Shown here: piece by piece, positions 1 to 13,017 of the stretch | How positions within the stretch are numbered: the first letter of the stretch is position 1 | How the letters are laid out: the number at the start of each line of letters is the position of its first letter | Source of the DNA: Octopus bimaculoides | Lineage: Eukaryota | NCBI RefSeq assembly: GCF_001194135.2 | Contig: NC_068993.1 | Coordinates: 36,640,259-36,704,258, forward strand | Reading direction: 5' to 3' | Length of the DNA: 64,000 nucleotides | The notes under the pieces: model-generated | Databases searched by the model: none | What the model saw: the letters and a program-made list of their open reading frames with translations, nothing else | What the model was told of the DNA's origin: nothing | Translations under genes and position numbers: made by a program

Positions 1-16
1 TATATATATATATATA

Positions 17-339
17 TTCTTTTACTTGTTACAGTCATTTGACTGTGGCCATGCTGAAACACTGCCTTGAAGAGTTTTAGTCAAACAAATCAACATCAGG
101 ACTTATTCTTTGTAAGCCTAGTACTTATTCTATTGGTATCTTTTGCCAAACCACTAAGTTACAGGGATGTAAACACATATATATATATGATGGGCTTCTT
201 TCAGTTTCCATCTACCAAATCCATTCACAAGGCTTTGATCAGCCTGAGGCTATAGTAGAAGACATTTGCCCAAGCTGCCACACAGTGGGACTGAACCCAG
301 AACAATGAGGTTGAGAAGCAAGCTTCTTACCATACAGCC
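17..339 (-). mobile_element. tRNA-derived SINE family A (head GGCTGTGTGGTAAGAAGCTTGCTTC...)
   Basis: tRNA-like head, body ...GGATTTGGTAGACGGAAACTGAAAGAAGCCC, tail ...GACTGAAACAAGTAAAAGA. Further copies at about 15576-15730(+), 17160-17375(+), 22530-22900(-), 25620-25830(+), 26346-26590(+), 37768-38130(-), 43865-44020(-), 48430-48590(+), 49810-49930(-), 53975-54220(+) and 59550-59885(-). Confidence 0.8.
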
Positions 340-1865
340 TATACCTATATATATGTATATTTTAGACATAGATCACATTTATGTATGTGACTAGCTACCA
401 AAATCTTTACAGCATTGAAGAAAATGCCTCATTTTTTACCAACTCTATATTCTGAGGTTTAAATTCTACTGATGTCAACTTTGTCTTTCATCTCTCAAAG
501 ATTGAAATAAAGTACCAGTTAAGTACTGGGGCTGGAAAGATGTTCCAGAAGCTACTGAGAAACAAGCCATAACATCTGGCTCAAAAGAGAGAGCAAGTGG
601 TGGAACAAGAATGAGCACTGAGGGTGACAGAATCATCTAGTCCAGAGTTACAACAACCAATTCAATAAAGCTTATGCTGTTGGGCAGGAGTTTTGTTACC
701 TACATCAGTAGGTGGCCCTGGATAGCACTGGTGCTTTGGTGGAAGGGGCCAATCCACCTACAAAGTTGCTTCATTGCCTGGTGCGACATCAACTTCTGCA
801 CTTGGAGACAGAGTACAGCAACATCCTCAGCACACAAGTGTTTACCATAAATGTTACTTCAGTCTATTAGGCTGTCAAACAGGTTACATCATCATCATCA
901 TCATTTAACATCTGTTTTCCATACTGGCATAGGTTGAACAGCTTGACAGGCCTGGCAAGACCAGGTGCCACACCAGGTTCCACAGTCTGTTTTGGCTTGG
1001 TTTAGTTTCTACAGATGGATGCCCTTCCTTTTGCCAACCACTTTACAGAGTGTACTAGGAGCTTTTTAAGTGGTACTGTCACCAGTGCTTTTTAAGTGGC
1101 ACTTTGGTTTTAGGATATCACATATAAGTGTTTAGTATGCCAGTAAAGTAGCCAGTTTTAAGAACAGCAACACAAACAATATACATAAATCTTGACAAAT
1201 AAGCATGAAAGAATCTAGATACTACAAACTGTAACATAAATAAATAATATACATTGTATGTATGTTTGTGTGTGTAAGTATAAACAGATAGATGGAGGGG
1301 GAATTCACAAAAAAAAAAAAAGCACGAAGACAGGTGGTGTAGACAACAAACAGATGTATTAGTTCGGGAAATGAAAAAGTCTTTAACATTTTGAGCCTAT
1401 GTTCTTCCACAGAAAGGAACAAAGAAAGAAACAAGTAGAGAAAATAAAGAATGTGTAGTGGTTAACGATCTATCATGGCAAGATAGATAGATAGATAGAT
1501 ATATAGATAGATATATAGATAGATAGATGCACATTTGCATACATATATATACATACACATTCACATGCATTGACATACATTCATGCACATGACATACATT
1601 CATGCACACATACATGCATGTATATACACACACACTCACACATCACCCCACCCCACCCCACCCCACATACACACATATACATATATTGTATCTGAAGACA
1701 ATAGGAGAATCTATTGATTAAAATCTCTTGTAGGAACAAACACAAAGGTTAATAATCAAGGCAAGNNNNNNNNNNNNNNNNNNNNNNNNNNNNNNNNNNN
1801 NNNNNNNNNNNNNNNNNNNNNNNNNNNNNNNNNNNNNNNNNNNNNNNNNNNNNNNNNNNNNNNNN

Positions 1866-1903
<38 letters not shown>

Positions 1904-2861
1904 TTTCTGGAATGGTGAGACTTGGAGCAGATAAAATAAATAATAGAATGTAAACATTATATAAAAAAAAATATTTCAGATAGAAAAATGTTAAAGGCTA
2001 CACAGTACATATATATTTACATCCTATTTATACCCTTATCTGCTTCGAGTTTCTAAAAAACAAATATATCAGGTTTTCTCTGTTTCTAAACTCTTATGAC
2101 ATCAACGATACAATAAAATATTCATAGTTGATGTGCAAGGTCAAAAAAAAAAAATGCTTGTTCTTGTATATGACTGTGTGTGTTTGTGTGTGTATGCATT
2201 TTTATTGGTTTCACTCTGTGGCCATGCTAGGACATTACCATGTATGTATTTATGAGCTGTTCTGGCTTAAGGTAGCTGCTTAGGGAGGGATCAACAAGTC
2301 TTGGGTCCTAATGCTAATTTATGTATTGCAATTGTGTATGAAGGATCTCTCAGTGCATTGGTTTGCCAAAGTGTCTACAATGATGTTAAGTTGGCTTTAA
2401 TGCTCTACAGATGAGCATGTGTGTGTGAATATGAATGTATGCATGTGTCTATGGAATCATGTATGAATGTGTGTGTGTGTATGGATGTATCTGTATATCT
2501 ATGGATATATGTATTGATGCATGTATGTCTACATGTCTATGCTTGTATTTATGTATGTCTGTGTGTCTATGAATGTATGTGTGTTTATGTATGGATATTT
2601 ATATATCTGTGGAGGTATGAATGTGACAAAGATCTTTAAATGCTTCACAACCACAAGGCCTTCCATTTGATCCCACTATAAGTGAGACATCTTAAATGTA
2701 TTTTACCATAGCACCAGATTGACTCAGCCCTTGTAAGCAGAAAAATGAGAACTGAAAAAGCACATCAGATTTTCAACAGGGTCAGTCATGTTGCACACTG
2801 CATCACACCAGTTGTGCCCTGGAATTACATTACAAGTAACATTTCTAGCAAGTACTAAGTT

Positions 2862-2903
<42 letters not shown>

Positions 2904-3578
2904 TATTCTACCTTTGGTATTCAAGTGTGTGTGTTTGTATATATATATATATATATAATTAAATGCCTCTAGCACGGAAGCCAGACAGCTGCTCTGGCAA
3001 TGAACATGCTCGGACAGTGCTCTTAGTGCTCCACTGGCGCAGATGCCAGTCATCGAGTATGGTTCAATTTTGATTTCACTTGCTCCAACAGGTCTTCACA
3101 AGCAGAGTTTAGTGTCCAATGAAGGAGAGGTTAGCATGGGTACCAGTCATCGGATTTGGTTTGATTTCGATTTCAGATTTCAAATTTTAAATTCCAAATT
3201 CACTTGCCTCAACAGGTCTTCGCAAGCAGGGTTTTTAGTGTCCAATGAAGTGAAGATACGAATTAGTGAGCTGGCTACATTTCTGGCAGAGGTATATATA
3301 TATATATATATATATATATNNNNNNNNNNNNNNNNNNNNNNNNNNNNNNNNNNNNNNNNNNNNNNNNNNNNNNNNNNNNNNNNNNNNNNNNNNNNNNNNN
3401 NTATATGTATGTATGTATGTCTCACCTGTTTATGACTTTCAGGTGTCTGAGGGAGTCATCGCCACTGCTTTAAACCACGTGCATTGGCAAACAAGTAAAA
3501 CACACACATACACTGAGTGTGTGCACTTGATAATGTTTACAACACTAGTGCTGCTTCTAATTCATAATTGAATATGTA

Positions 3579-3618
<40 letters not shown>

Positions 3619-5590
3619 TTTATTTGAAGCATTGTGAAATACAGACAGAATTGATTCAGAAAGTCACTACAATGAAAACTGGAAATAGATGAATGAACAC
3701 AAAAGCTAAACAGAAACAGCAATTTGTAGCTTTACCATATAATTTCAATGTGTGTGAGAAACAGAAAGAATGCATGTGTGTAGGTCCTTTGTTCCACATG
3801 CCTCAGTTAAAGCTAGCTGTCGGAAACAGCTACCAAAACTTTTAAGAGTGACACTTGCAGTTGACTGGCACTGTATCTATGAAAGGAGAAGATTTGTGTC
3901 ACATCTACCAAACACAGTTAATTCTGAAGACATGCTCAGACTTTGTTGAGACCAAAGAGGCTGGTTGCTACATCTATTATTTATAACAGATGAGGCAACC
4001 CCCCACTTCAAATTACTTATGTCTGTCTAGCTTATTCCTTCAAACCAGTGGTTGCACATAGTGGAGCAGTAAAATTAGGTTCAACACCAAGTTGATAATT
4101 TAAGATTTCATTTCATAAAGCAACAATCAATATGTAATTAACAAAACTATGTTTTATCCTGAGATCAATGACCTTACTGAGCTATTCAACTTAATTGGGT
4201 GATAGATTTCAGAAAAGTAACAGTGTCAAGCTCACCGACCAGTCTCAGAGAATCTACAAAGGTCAAGTTGGCTGGACCTTACTCCAGGTCCAGCCAGTTA
4301 AAAAAAAAAATAGAAAAAGGCTAAATCTACCACAGGTTTAACACAACTATATGGTTTCTGAGTGCTTTTGGTGGAATCCATTCCATTGTAAGCATTCAAA
4401 TCAGGTCTATGGCCTGAAGCTAATCACCTTCTTCAACCCACCTGTGACAGGTGATTAGAAGGGAGACAACTACGTTCAGATTAGTGACCATGATAAAGAC
4501 CACAAGGACTGATACTCTTCCAATTAAGCTATTTACATTTTACTCAAACATCACAGAATCTTATTTACAATTGGGGAGTGGAGGGGGCACCTCATAGATG
4601 TCCAGTTTGTTGCAACCAACTATTGATAGATTTTTATTTAATGATATTGCAAACATTATAATGACCAAGAAAGTGATCAGACTTGAACCATGAACATATT
4701 ACTTACAAAGTGACAGTGTTCACCAATTACAATACAGAACACTGGCAATTCCATCTCAGCAAACTAGATACTAGGATAATTCATGTGATGTTAGAGTAAT
4801 TACAGCAGGATATAGTTGGAAGAATCAACAATGGTAATCACATGACTTTCAAAAATTGACAACAGTTCGTGTCCCACGAGACTACCGTAATGGTATAGTC
4901 AGGTCCTTCTCCATTCACCAACCATCATCTGTTTCCCAGCAAGATAATATTTGCCCCAGTTCTTCAAATACAAACAGCACAGAGACAGAGACCAGAAATA
5001 TTTTCATGGAAAACTTTATAAGACCACCACGACCACGACCACCATAGATATTTCCCTCAAACTTGGCGAATGTTTATACTTATTGAAGTACTTTGACTTT
5101 AGAGTACCATTAAAGCGTGAGGCTTTACTTATAGTAATAGACCTTGATATTATAATGCATTTTATAAATAAAGGAAAAAAACTATATACTTTCTAATATT
5201 TCTTCTCCTTAATTCATTTTACACGCTGCCTACATGATCAAATTTTATATAGATTTTACCCATAAAAAAAAAACCCAACTAAATACTTTTTATAAATTAA
5301 TAAAGGACTGAACCAGTGCATGTGTTTATTACCGGCATAATGCCTCTCCCAAGGTTTAATTGCAAATATNNNNNNNNNNNNNNNNNNNNNNNNNNNNNNN
5401 NNNNNNNNNNNNNNNNNNNNNNNNNNNNNNNNNNNNNNNNNNNNNNNNNNNNNNNNNNNNNNNNNNNNNNNNNNNNNNNNNNNNNNNNNNNNNNNNNNNN
5501 NNNNNNNNNNNNNNNNNNNNNNNNNNNNNNNNNNNNNNNNNNNNNNNNNNNNNNNNNNNNNNNNNNNNNNNNNNNNNNNNNNNNNNNNNN

Positions 5591-5880
5591 GTGAGAAGAC
5601 CCGGCAAGCCAAGTAAGATCGTTGCCAGTGCCCCTGGACTGGTTCTTGTGCGGGTGGCACATAAAAGACACCATTTCGAGCGTGGCCGTTTTCGTGCGGG
5701 TGACACGTAAAAGCACCCACTACACTCTCTGAGTGGTTGGCGTTAGGAAGGGCATCCAGCTGTAGAAACTCTGCCAAATCAGACTGGAGCCTGGTGTTGC
5801 CATCCGGTTTCACCAGTCCTCAGTCAAATCGTCCAACCCATGCTAGCATGGAAAGCGGACGTTAAACGATGATGATGATA
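5591..5880 (+). mobile_element. (GAT)n-tailed retroposon, young CpG-rich copy
   Basis: ...GGCATCCAGCTGTAGAAACTCTGCC...CATGCTAGCATGGAAAGCGGACGTTAAACGATGATGAT. Further copies at about 888-1110(-), 7527-7680(-), 33050-33360(+), 33370-33590(-), 35100-35270(+), 43540-43830(+), 44296-44495(-), 48090-48245(+), 57810-57935(+), 60720-60900(-) and 61710-62270(-). Confidence 0.8.
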
Positions 5881-7726
5881 TATATGTTTTTGTTTGTAAA
5901 CTTTCACAGTTCAACACTTGCATAAAGATTCCAGAGGGATGATGCTTTTGGAGAGAAAGAACTGAGCATAATTGTTAGTGAGGGCCCAGAAGTGATGGAT
6001 GCAACAAGGTAACAAGCGGTGAAGAGACGAGGGTTTTTGTTGGTGTTTAAGTGGTGGAGCTACAAGATGAGCCACCACCAATGAAGAAGCAAAACAAACC
6101 AAATAACCACATAAGCATGTCTGTGCCTGCACACAAACTAACAAAGCTAACATATCTTTATATATTTTTACTACAAAGATTCTTACAGATGAAGGTCATC
6201 ACTTCTTGAATTTTAGAGATTATGGTTACTTACAAATACATAAATTGCAAAGTCAGTGACTTGAAAACTTTTTGGAGAAACTTGAGCCCAATCAATCAAA
6301 TCAAATCAAATCAATTCATTTTTATGTGACGTCAATAAAAACTGTTCAAAAAAACACTTCAGAAGTACACTTCACTCTGCAATTTGTATTTGTGCATTTA
6401 TTCAGACTTTTAAAAGTTTGAGGTTTGCTAAATACATCAGAATTTTTGTTAAGATTCACTCTTGTTTTAAGCAATTTTGTCACATTTTTATTTTCCTATC
6501 ATATATGTGTGTAAGCATGTACTTTATATAAATGTGTGTGTGTGTGATTTCATTGTTTCCAGTGTTGTTTTCTTTTGCTTTTACTTTGTTCTTTCCTTCT
6601 GAGTATACAATTGCCTGCTTGAAAATTGCATTGTTCCAAACAAAATAACCTACTTAACTAAATTCTTGCTTTCTCTCCTCCCCCACCACACCACCTTTTG
6701 CTTGTTCTGCTCAGTTCTCCTTGGTACTAATTTCATAGCAAGAATAGCCTTGTTATAATCTACATGGAGTTTATTTTGACCTAAATTTTCACTATTTGGT
6801 TGGCCCAACTGTCTATCTGTCCTCTTTATCTGTCTCTCAACCTCCATGTGTCTTGTGTGTGTGTATGTGTGTGTGTGTGTGTGACTACGTGTGTGTGCTT
6901 GTGAGCATGTTTGAGAGTGTGTTATGTGTTTGAATATGTTTGCTCTTTCTCTTTCCCTTGAAGGCTTCGCTAAAACTTCATAAGTCTTTTTCACACTGAA
7001 ATTTGTTAAATTTTATGATGACAGATAAATTGTAAAGTGAAATTATTGAAGAGTCTGTCTAGTTTATCTCTTCTTACACTATTGCTGTTGACAGGCAAGT
7101 TTGTCAAACTTTAGGACAATCTGACTTGCTGCATTTTAGAATGACGAAGAAAAATTCTTTTACTAGTTTTCAATTGTGAAGCCAAAACCATATTGAGGAA
7201 CAGCATCAAAGGATTCTGTTGATGATGCAGAACCCACCTTTTCCAGTGCATATTTTATTGATTTATATGTATTGATTGATTAAGTTACACTAGCGACACA
7301 AAACCATTTTAAACTAGTGTTGTTGTGTCAAATGAATACACACAGATATGTCTTGGCCATTGTACTGCTCAAGCTTGAAGGACTAGATAGAATATTACAT
7401 TGCTTAGAAACAGATAAACGTTGGTGACAGGAAGAGCATCCAGCATAGAAAATCTGTTTCAACATATTTCATTTGATCCATTCAAGCAAAGAAAAATGGA
7501 CATTAAAACAATGATTATATATACATATCACCTTCATCGTTTAATGTCTGTTGTCCATGCTAGCATTGGCTGGAAGGTGTGACCAGAGCCGGCAAGTCAG
7601 GGGGCTGAACCAGACTCCAGTCTGATTTGGCATGGTTTCTACAGCTGGATGTCCTTCCCAAAGCCAACCACTTTACAGAGAGATAGGGAGAGAGAGAGAG
7701 AGAGAGAGAAAGAGTGTGTGTGTATT

Positions 7727-7801
<75 letters not shown>

Positions 7802-10800
7802 GTATGTACAAACTACGAGCTCTTTGGTCAGTAATGGCCACACCTTGTCAGCTGCAATTTGATTGGTCCCTTCAATAATGGTTTCTCTATGTGGGTACTC
7901 AACTGGCTAGAAATACCAGCCAAATCTCCTTCACATAAAACCTTATTCCTTTCTTCTTTAGGATTTAAACACTTGATAAAACCATAAGAGTACCACTAGT
8001 GGGTGCAGTCTATCCTAGGCAATGCTTTTATGAGGTCAGCACTTTTGGATCTGCTATATAAAGTCTGTGTAAGCTGTTGAAGCTCAGGTTGGGGATAGAA
8101 AACTCAAGGCCCAGGTGGCACACACTACAGCCATGCTACTGATCACACAGTGTGTCTGGGGTATTTTAAACCCAGCAAAGCCTATCTTTTTCTGAATCTA
8201 ACACAGTCAATCTCTTGCAAAGAGAAAGAGAGAAAGAAGATGAATTGACTCTGAATACTGGGCTGTTGGTTTGAAGCAGCATTTGAGCTCAGAATACACT
8301 GAACTGGAACCAATAACACAGGGCATTATTATATCTGATATATTTTCCAATTCACCACCTTATCAAATCCTACTGTTTTAAATCAGATATAATGCAGGGA
8401 AAATGATGAAATGGGATAGTGTGGCTACTCAATCAAGTCTGATCTGAAGTTAAACAACACTATGACTGTAAACAATTTGAACTCAGTCTGAGTCTGCAGT
8501 CCAATATCGTGTTCGTTGGAAATTCCACTTCTACTTTATCTTCAACACCTTTTACTGAACAGAAATAGTTAAGCTAAAAGTTGGTTAGATGGCTGCTATT
8601 TCTGAGAGAAACACCTTCAATGGCTAATCTCTATCTATCTATCTATTTATGCTTTATTCAAGACATGGGATTGTTTCCCATGCAAGATGTTAAGTACAAG
8701 GTCATTCCTGATCAAGACCCTTGACAATTGTCTTTATTTTTAATTAATTCAAGTTAGTGTATTTCAGACCAACAATATCTAATACGTCCTTCCTTTAAGG
8801 TAGTAATATGTAATTTCTGTGAGGAATTCGGCTGATAATTCTAGCTGGTTGAATGACCACAGAGATCTTGACTCATTTGTCTTACTTTCAGGTTCCATGT
8901 ATTAGATATCAGAGTAAAAGCCTGCTATGGTTCCACACTAAAGAAAACAGAATCATTTTTGCAAGATACAAGAACACAGATGTTATTTTAAAATTTCGTA
9001 AAAGCAACAACAAAAAAGACAGAAAGAAAAGAAAAAACTGAATTTCCAAGAAAAATATATTTGTGAAGAGATTAACCCTTCTAGTACAAAAATGTCAGCA
9101 TGTATGTTGGCTTGTGGTTTATGAAAAGTTAATGGAAAATTTTTCATTAAACAAATGAGAAGTTAAAGGAGAGAAAAACAAAAGAAGTGATAAGCAGTGT
9201 TCAAATTTCACTTGTGTCACCTTTGATTTTTGACTTTTGTCAAAGTTGACCTGATAATTAGGCACCAACACCAGCCACATCCCTTTATGATTTCACTGGA
9301 ATAAATAACAGTAATATACTACTGTGTAACTTGGTTAATAAATTAAGTACACATAAAGTGAGAATGACACTTTAATCTCAAATACTAGTACATAATAAAA
9401 TGCCCCCCCCCCCCGCTACACTTTGTAAGTGGTTGGTGATAGGAAAGGAATCCAACTGTAGAAACCATGTCAAAAACAAATGAGAGCTATGTGGAGAAAT
9501 TTTAGCAGCAAGAGTTCAAAATCCCATCATGGTCAACTTCATCTTTCATCTGAATTGGGTTGATAAATGAAGTACAGTAACTTCAAATAAGAAATGACTC
9601 AGACTAGAGTGATTTGTACAATCAATGTCAGAATGGAAAATGGGGGGAAAATGTTGATATTAGTCCCCTAATTTAAACATTTGTATAGGCCTCCACCACA
9701 AAAATAGTGGTTTAGTTGAAAAGATATCGGTGTCTTTATGTTGATTTCATTTTTTCGTAACCTTTTAGCATTTAAACCAACTTTATCCAGCCCAAATATT
9801 CTGTTTTATGTTCAAACTGGCCAGATCCAGGCTCTCACTACTGCCCTCAATATCATTCCAAACTGAAAAAAAATCACATCATCAAAACCTCAAAGCTACA
9901 AGATAGTCCATGATTAATTCAAAACTTTGTGAATAAATATGCATTACATTTGAGAGAGTAATCAGAATGCTAAAGGGCAAATGGTTCAGACAGGAAGGAA
10001 GAGGTTAGTAGCTGTGAAGAGTACTGGTCTTGAAGGGTAGGAAGAAAGGGGTGATGAGCACAAATCCTTTGAGACAAGAAGTTAATGCCCATAATAAGTC
10101 CTTTGAGGTGGGAAATAAGGGGTTAGTACCCATGACAAATGCAAGTCCTCCAAGACTAGTGATGATATTGATAGAGTATATGTTCAACAGCATGGCTGAA
10201 TGATTAAGAAATTACAAAGTAACAAGTTCAATCCTACTGCATGCCATCTTGAGAAGTATCTTTTACCATAGCCTTGGGTCAGTCAGCACAAGTTTTGTGA
10301 ATAAAACTGGTAGATAGAAACTGTGAAGAAGCCCAACAGAGAAATAATTCCTGTGATTTAAAAGTCCAACCATATCATATATTGATCCAAAATAATGAAA
10401 CATTGCACCGGATCTATTACTACACACTTTACCATTCCATTTACTCTCCTTCATAGCTAGCCACCATTTCCTTGACTTCAGATGACTTGTTACTGACATT
10501 TATCATACTCTTTTACTACAGACTGTTTTTATGACTATCCATCACTCACTGTCTCTTACTACTATCAAAACATGTAGTAGATATTAGTGCCTCTACTCCA
10601 TTATCTTTTGCCATTAATGACTATTTAGTATTGTCTTCCATTTCTCCGTCTCTTTCTTCCACACTTTCACCCAAACCATTGTTTCTCTCATCATGCTCTC
10701 TCGCTTCTCTCATCTGTATTCATTTTTGACAAGCACCCTCTCTTCTATTATGAAAAAAATTGAAACAACCTGTGTTATTGTTTAGCTCAGGTCAGCTTTC

Positions 10801-12337
10801 ATACAGTCGACCTATAATCAAAGATGTTTCAATCTTGACAATCTCATCTTTTTAGACACAATATATTTAGGACTGTAGGGCCTTCTTCGTTCATCAATGT
10901 TGACCATGCATATACACATTATGCGCAGGCTTGGGTAAGGTATTTTAGAGAAAGACTGGCAGTTGCCATTACATGCCAGTCTTTCTAGCCATGCCACTGG
11001 TGTTTATCCAAAGTTTGCTAACTCAGGACAATAAAGCTTGGCACAAGTATTATCACAGACATTGCTGTCAGAACACAAAGAACTGGAACAGATACCACAA
11101 GACATTATCTAAAAGAATTTTCAAACTACCGTCCTCAATTGATACATTTTTTTTAATCGACCCCTTAAAGATGAAAGACGAAGTTGAACTCAGTGGGGTT
11201 TGAACTCAAAGCGTTATATCAGAACAAATATTGTAAAGTACATTATATCCAATACCATAATGACTCAATTTCCTTTAAGACAGCAGTGTATGTAATTTAA
11301 AGAAAATTTGATTATTTCTAGCAGATTAATGACCACTTGGAAGCCCCTTATTTAACACTGAATTGTCAGTGAAAACCGAGTCTATCAATACAATTGTCTC
11401 CCAGTCTTGACAATAAATAGTTACAAAACTTTTCCTTAACTCCAGTTAGACGTCACTGAAAGGCCAACTGAAAAAAAAAGCTAACAATGCTTTACTTTCC
11501 CTTTCACACATTTTGTATTGTTTACAAACACTTATTAAAACTATCATCATTTAACATGACATTTTATGCAACAATATTCAGGTTTGCCACATAAGCGTCG
11601 AAGAAAAAACACACCCTATTTAAGCAAGTTATTGCCGACGGCCCACTTTATCAAAGATCTCTCTCTCTCTCTCTCTTTCTCACACAAACACATCTAGGCT
11701 ATGGGAAACTAACACACTTTATATAACTATTTCATATTTTTATGCATGGTGTACCGTCATTTAAATATGACATTTATTCCCCTAATAATAAAACTATATG
11801 AAAATTTGCCTTATCATAAATGTTGAGCATGTCAATTTTCTTGGGGTCACGTTATAAACCATTCAGAAACAGAACAAACATCATTTTACATAAATCCACC
11901 CTATATTATTTTAAACAATGAATTATTCGTTCTGAATCGCTGAAAAGGCTTGGTTGCCAGAGTTGCCATGCCACAAAATAAAAGTTATTCAAATAATTGA
12001 CAGTGAAAAGAGGAGAAATAATTTCATATTCAGTTATATACGACTAAAACGACGGGGGGAAATATTTCATATTAAAACTCAAGTTATTATTATTAATACT
12101 ATCTCGCCAAAAAAAAAATTTCGGAAAAAGTGAAAAATGAAGAAGGGGGGGGCGGAATCGAAATTTTGAAGTTACAATTTTTGAAAATTTTTTTTCAGAA
12201 TCGGAATCTCCATAGCCTAAATCGTGGGATTCCGTAAAATAGAAAAAATAAAATAAATTAAGGGGTGGGGAAGGTTCCATTTACATATCCTCCATCTGGA
12301 CCCATGATGCCGAGGTTGGTTTCGCCTTAAACAATTT

Positions 12338-13017
12338 GGATCTTGTTCAAAACGGGGGCACCAGTATTTCCTTAACGAAACACTTTGAAACTTGGGACAC
12401 TGGTAGAATGTGTCATATAAAACATCTTTTTCTCTTAGTCTTCTTAACAAAAAAACGTACATCGCNNNNNNNNNNNNNNNNNNNNNNNNNNNNNNNNNNN
12501 NNNNNNNNNNNNNNNNNNNNNNNNNNNNNNNNNNNNNNNNNNNNNNNNNNNNNNNNNNNNNNNNNNNNNNNNNNNNNNNNNNNNNNNNNNNNNNNNNNNN
12601 NNNNNNNNNNNNNNNNNNNNNNNNNNNNNNNNNNNNNNNNNNNNNNNNNNNNNNNNNATATTGTTTATATAATAAATTACGCTGTGCGTATCTATGTGTG
12701 TAACAATTTTAGAGTTCGGATTCTAGAGTTAGGGTTAGTTTTAGGGTTAGAGTTAGGGTTGAAATGTCAGAACTAACGGGGATTAATACGATATACACCG
12801 TTACAGCGCTAACTGTTTTCAACTGAATAGACGTCAGTGATTAGTAGAAATTATCGAAATAAGACAATTTTTTACATGAAATAAATTCGAATACAAAAAT
12901 TTTTTTCTGTTCTATAACACAAAATAGATAAGTATACGAAGTTTGAAAGTCTTTCGGTACCAAAAACACTACATAAAACATAAATGAAAACTGGTGCCCC
13001 CGTTTTGAACAAGATCC
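12338..13017. mobile_element. Non-autonomous DNA transposon with 28-bp TIRs and 8-bp TSD (Merlin- or hAT-like)
   Basis: TIR GGATCTTGTTCAAAACGGGGGCACCAGT at both ends; TSD AACAATTT at 12330-12337 and 13018-13025. Spans an N gap and contains several TTAGGG motifs near 12725-12762. Confidence 0.85.

Noticed and set aside
4856-5047. Plus-strand ORF ending RPPRPRPP with a YRN motif
   Set aside because: Signalling-adaptor-like motifs, but on the wrong strand for GAB, with a weak acceptor and no recognisable family.
5935-6100. Exon-like RDDAFGEKELSIIVSEGPEVMDAT on plus
   Set aside because: Weak acceptor, stops on both sides, no partner exons.
11697-12217. MITE with GGCTATGG termini and TA flanks
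   Set aside because: The inverted match is only 8 nt plus TA; insufficient without other copies.
12285-12305. ATG-MGPDGGY followed by GTAAAT on minus (SLC16-like PDGG motif)
   Set aside because: Only 7 codons, no downstream exon found, directly next to a MITE; cannot be separated from chance.
12725-12762. Telomere or telomeric fusion relic
   Set aside because: Only a few interrupted TTAGGG units, located inside a TIR element.
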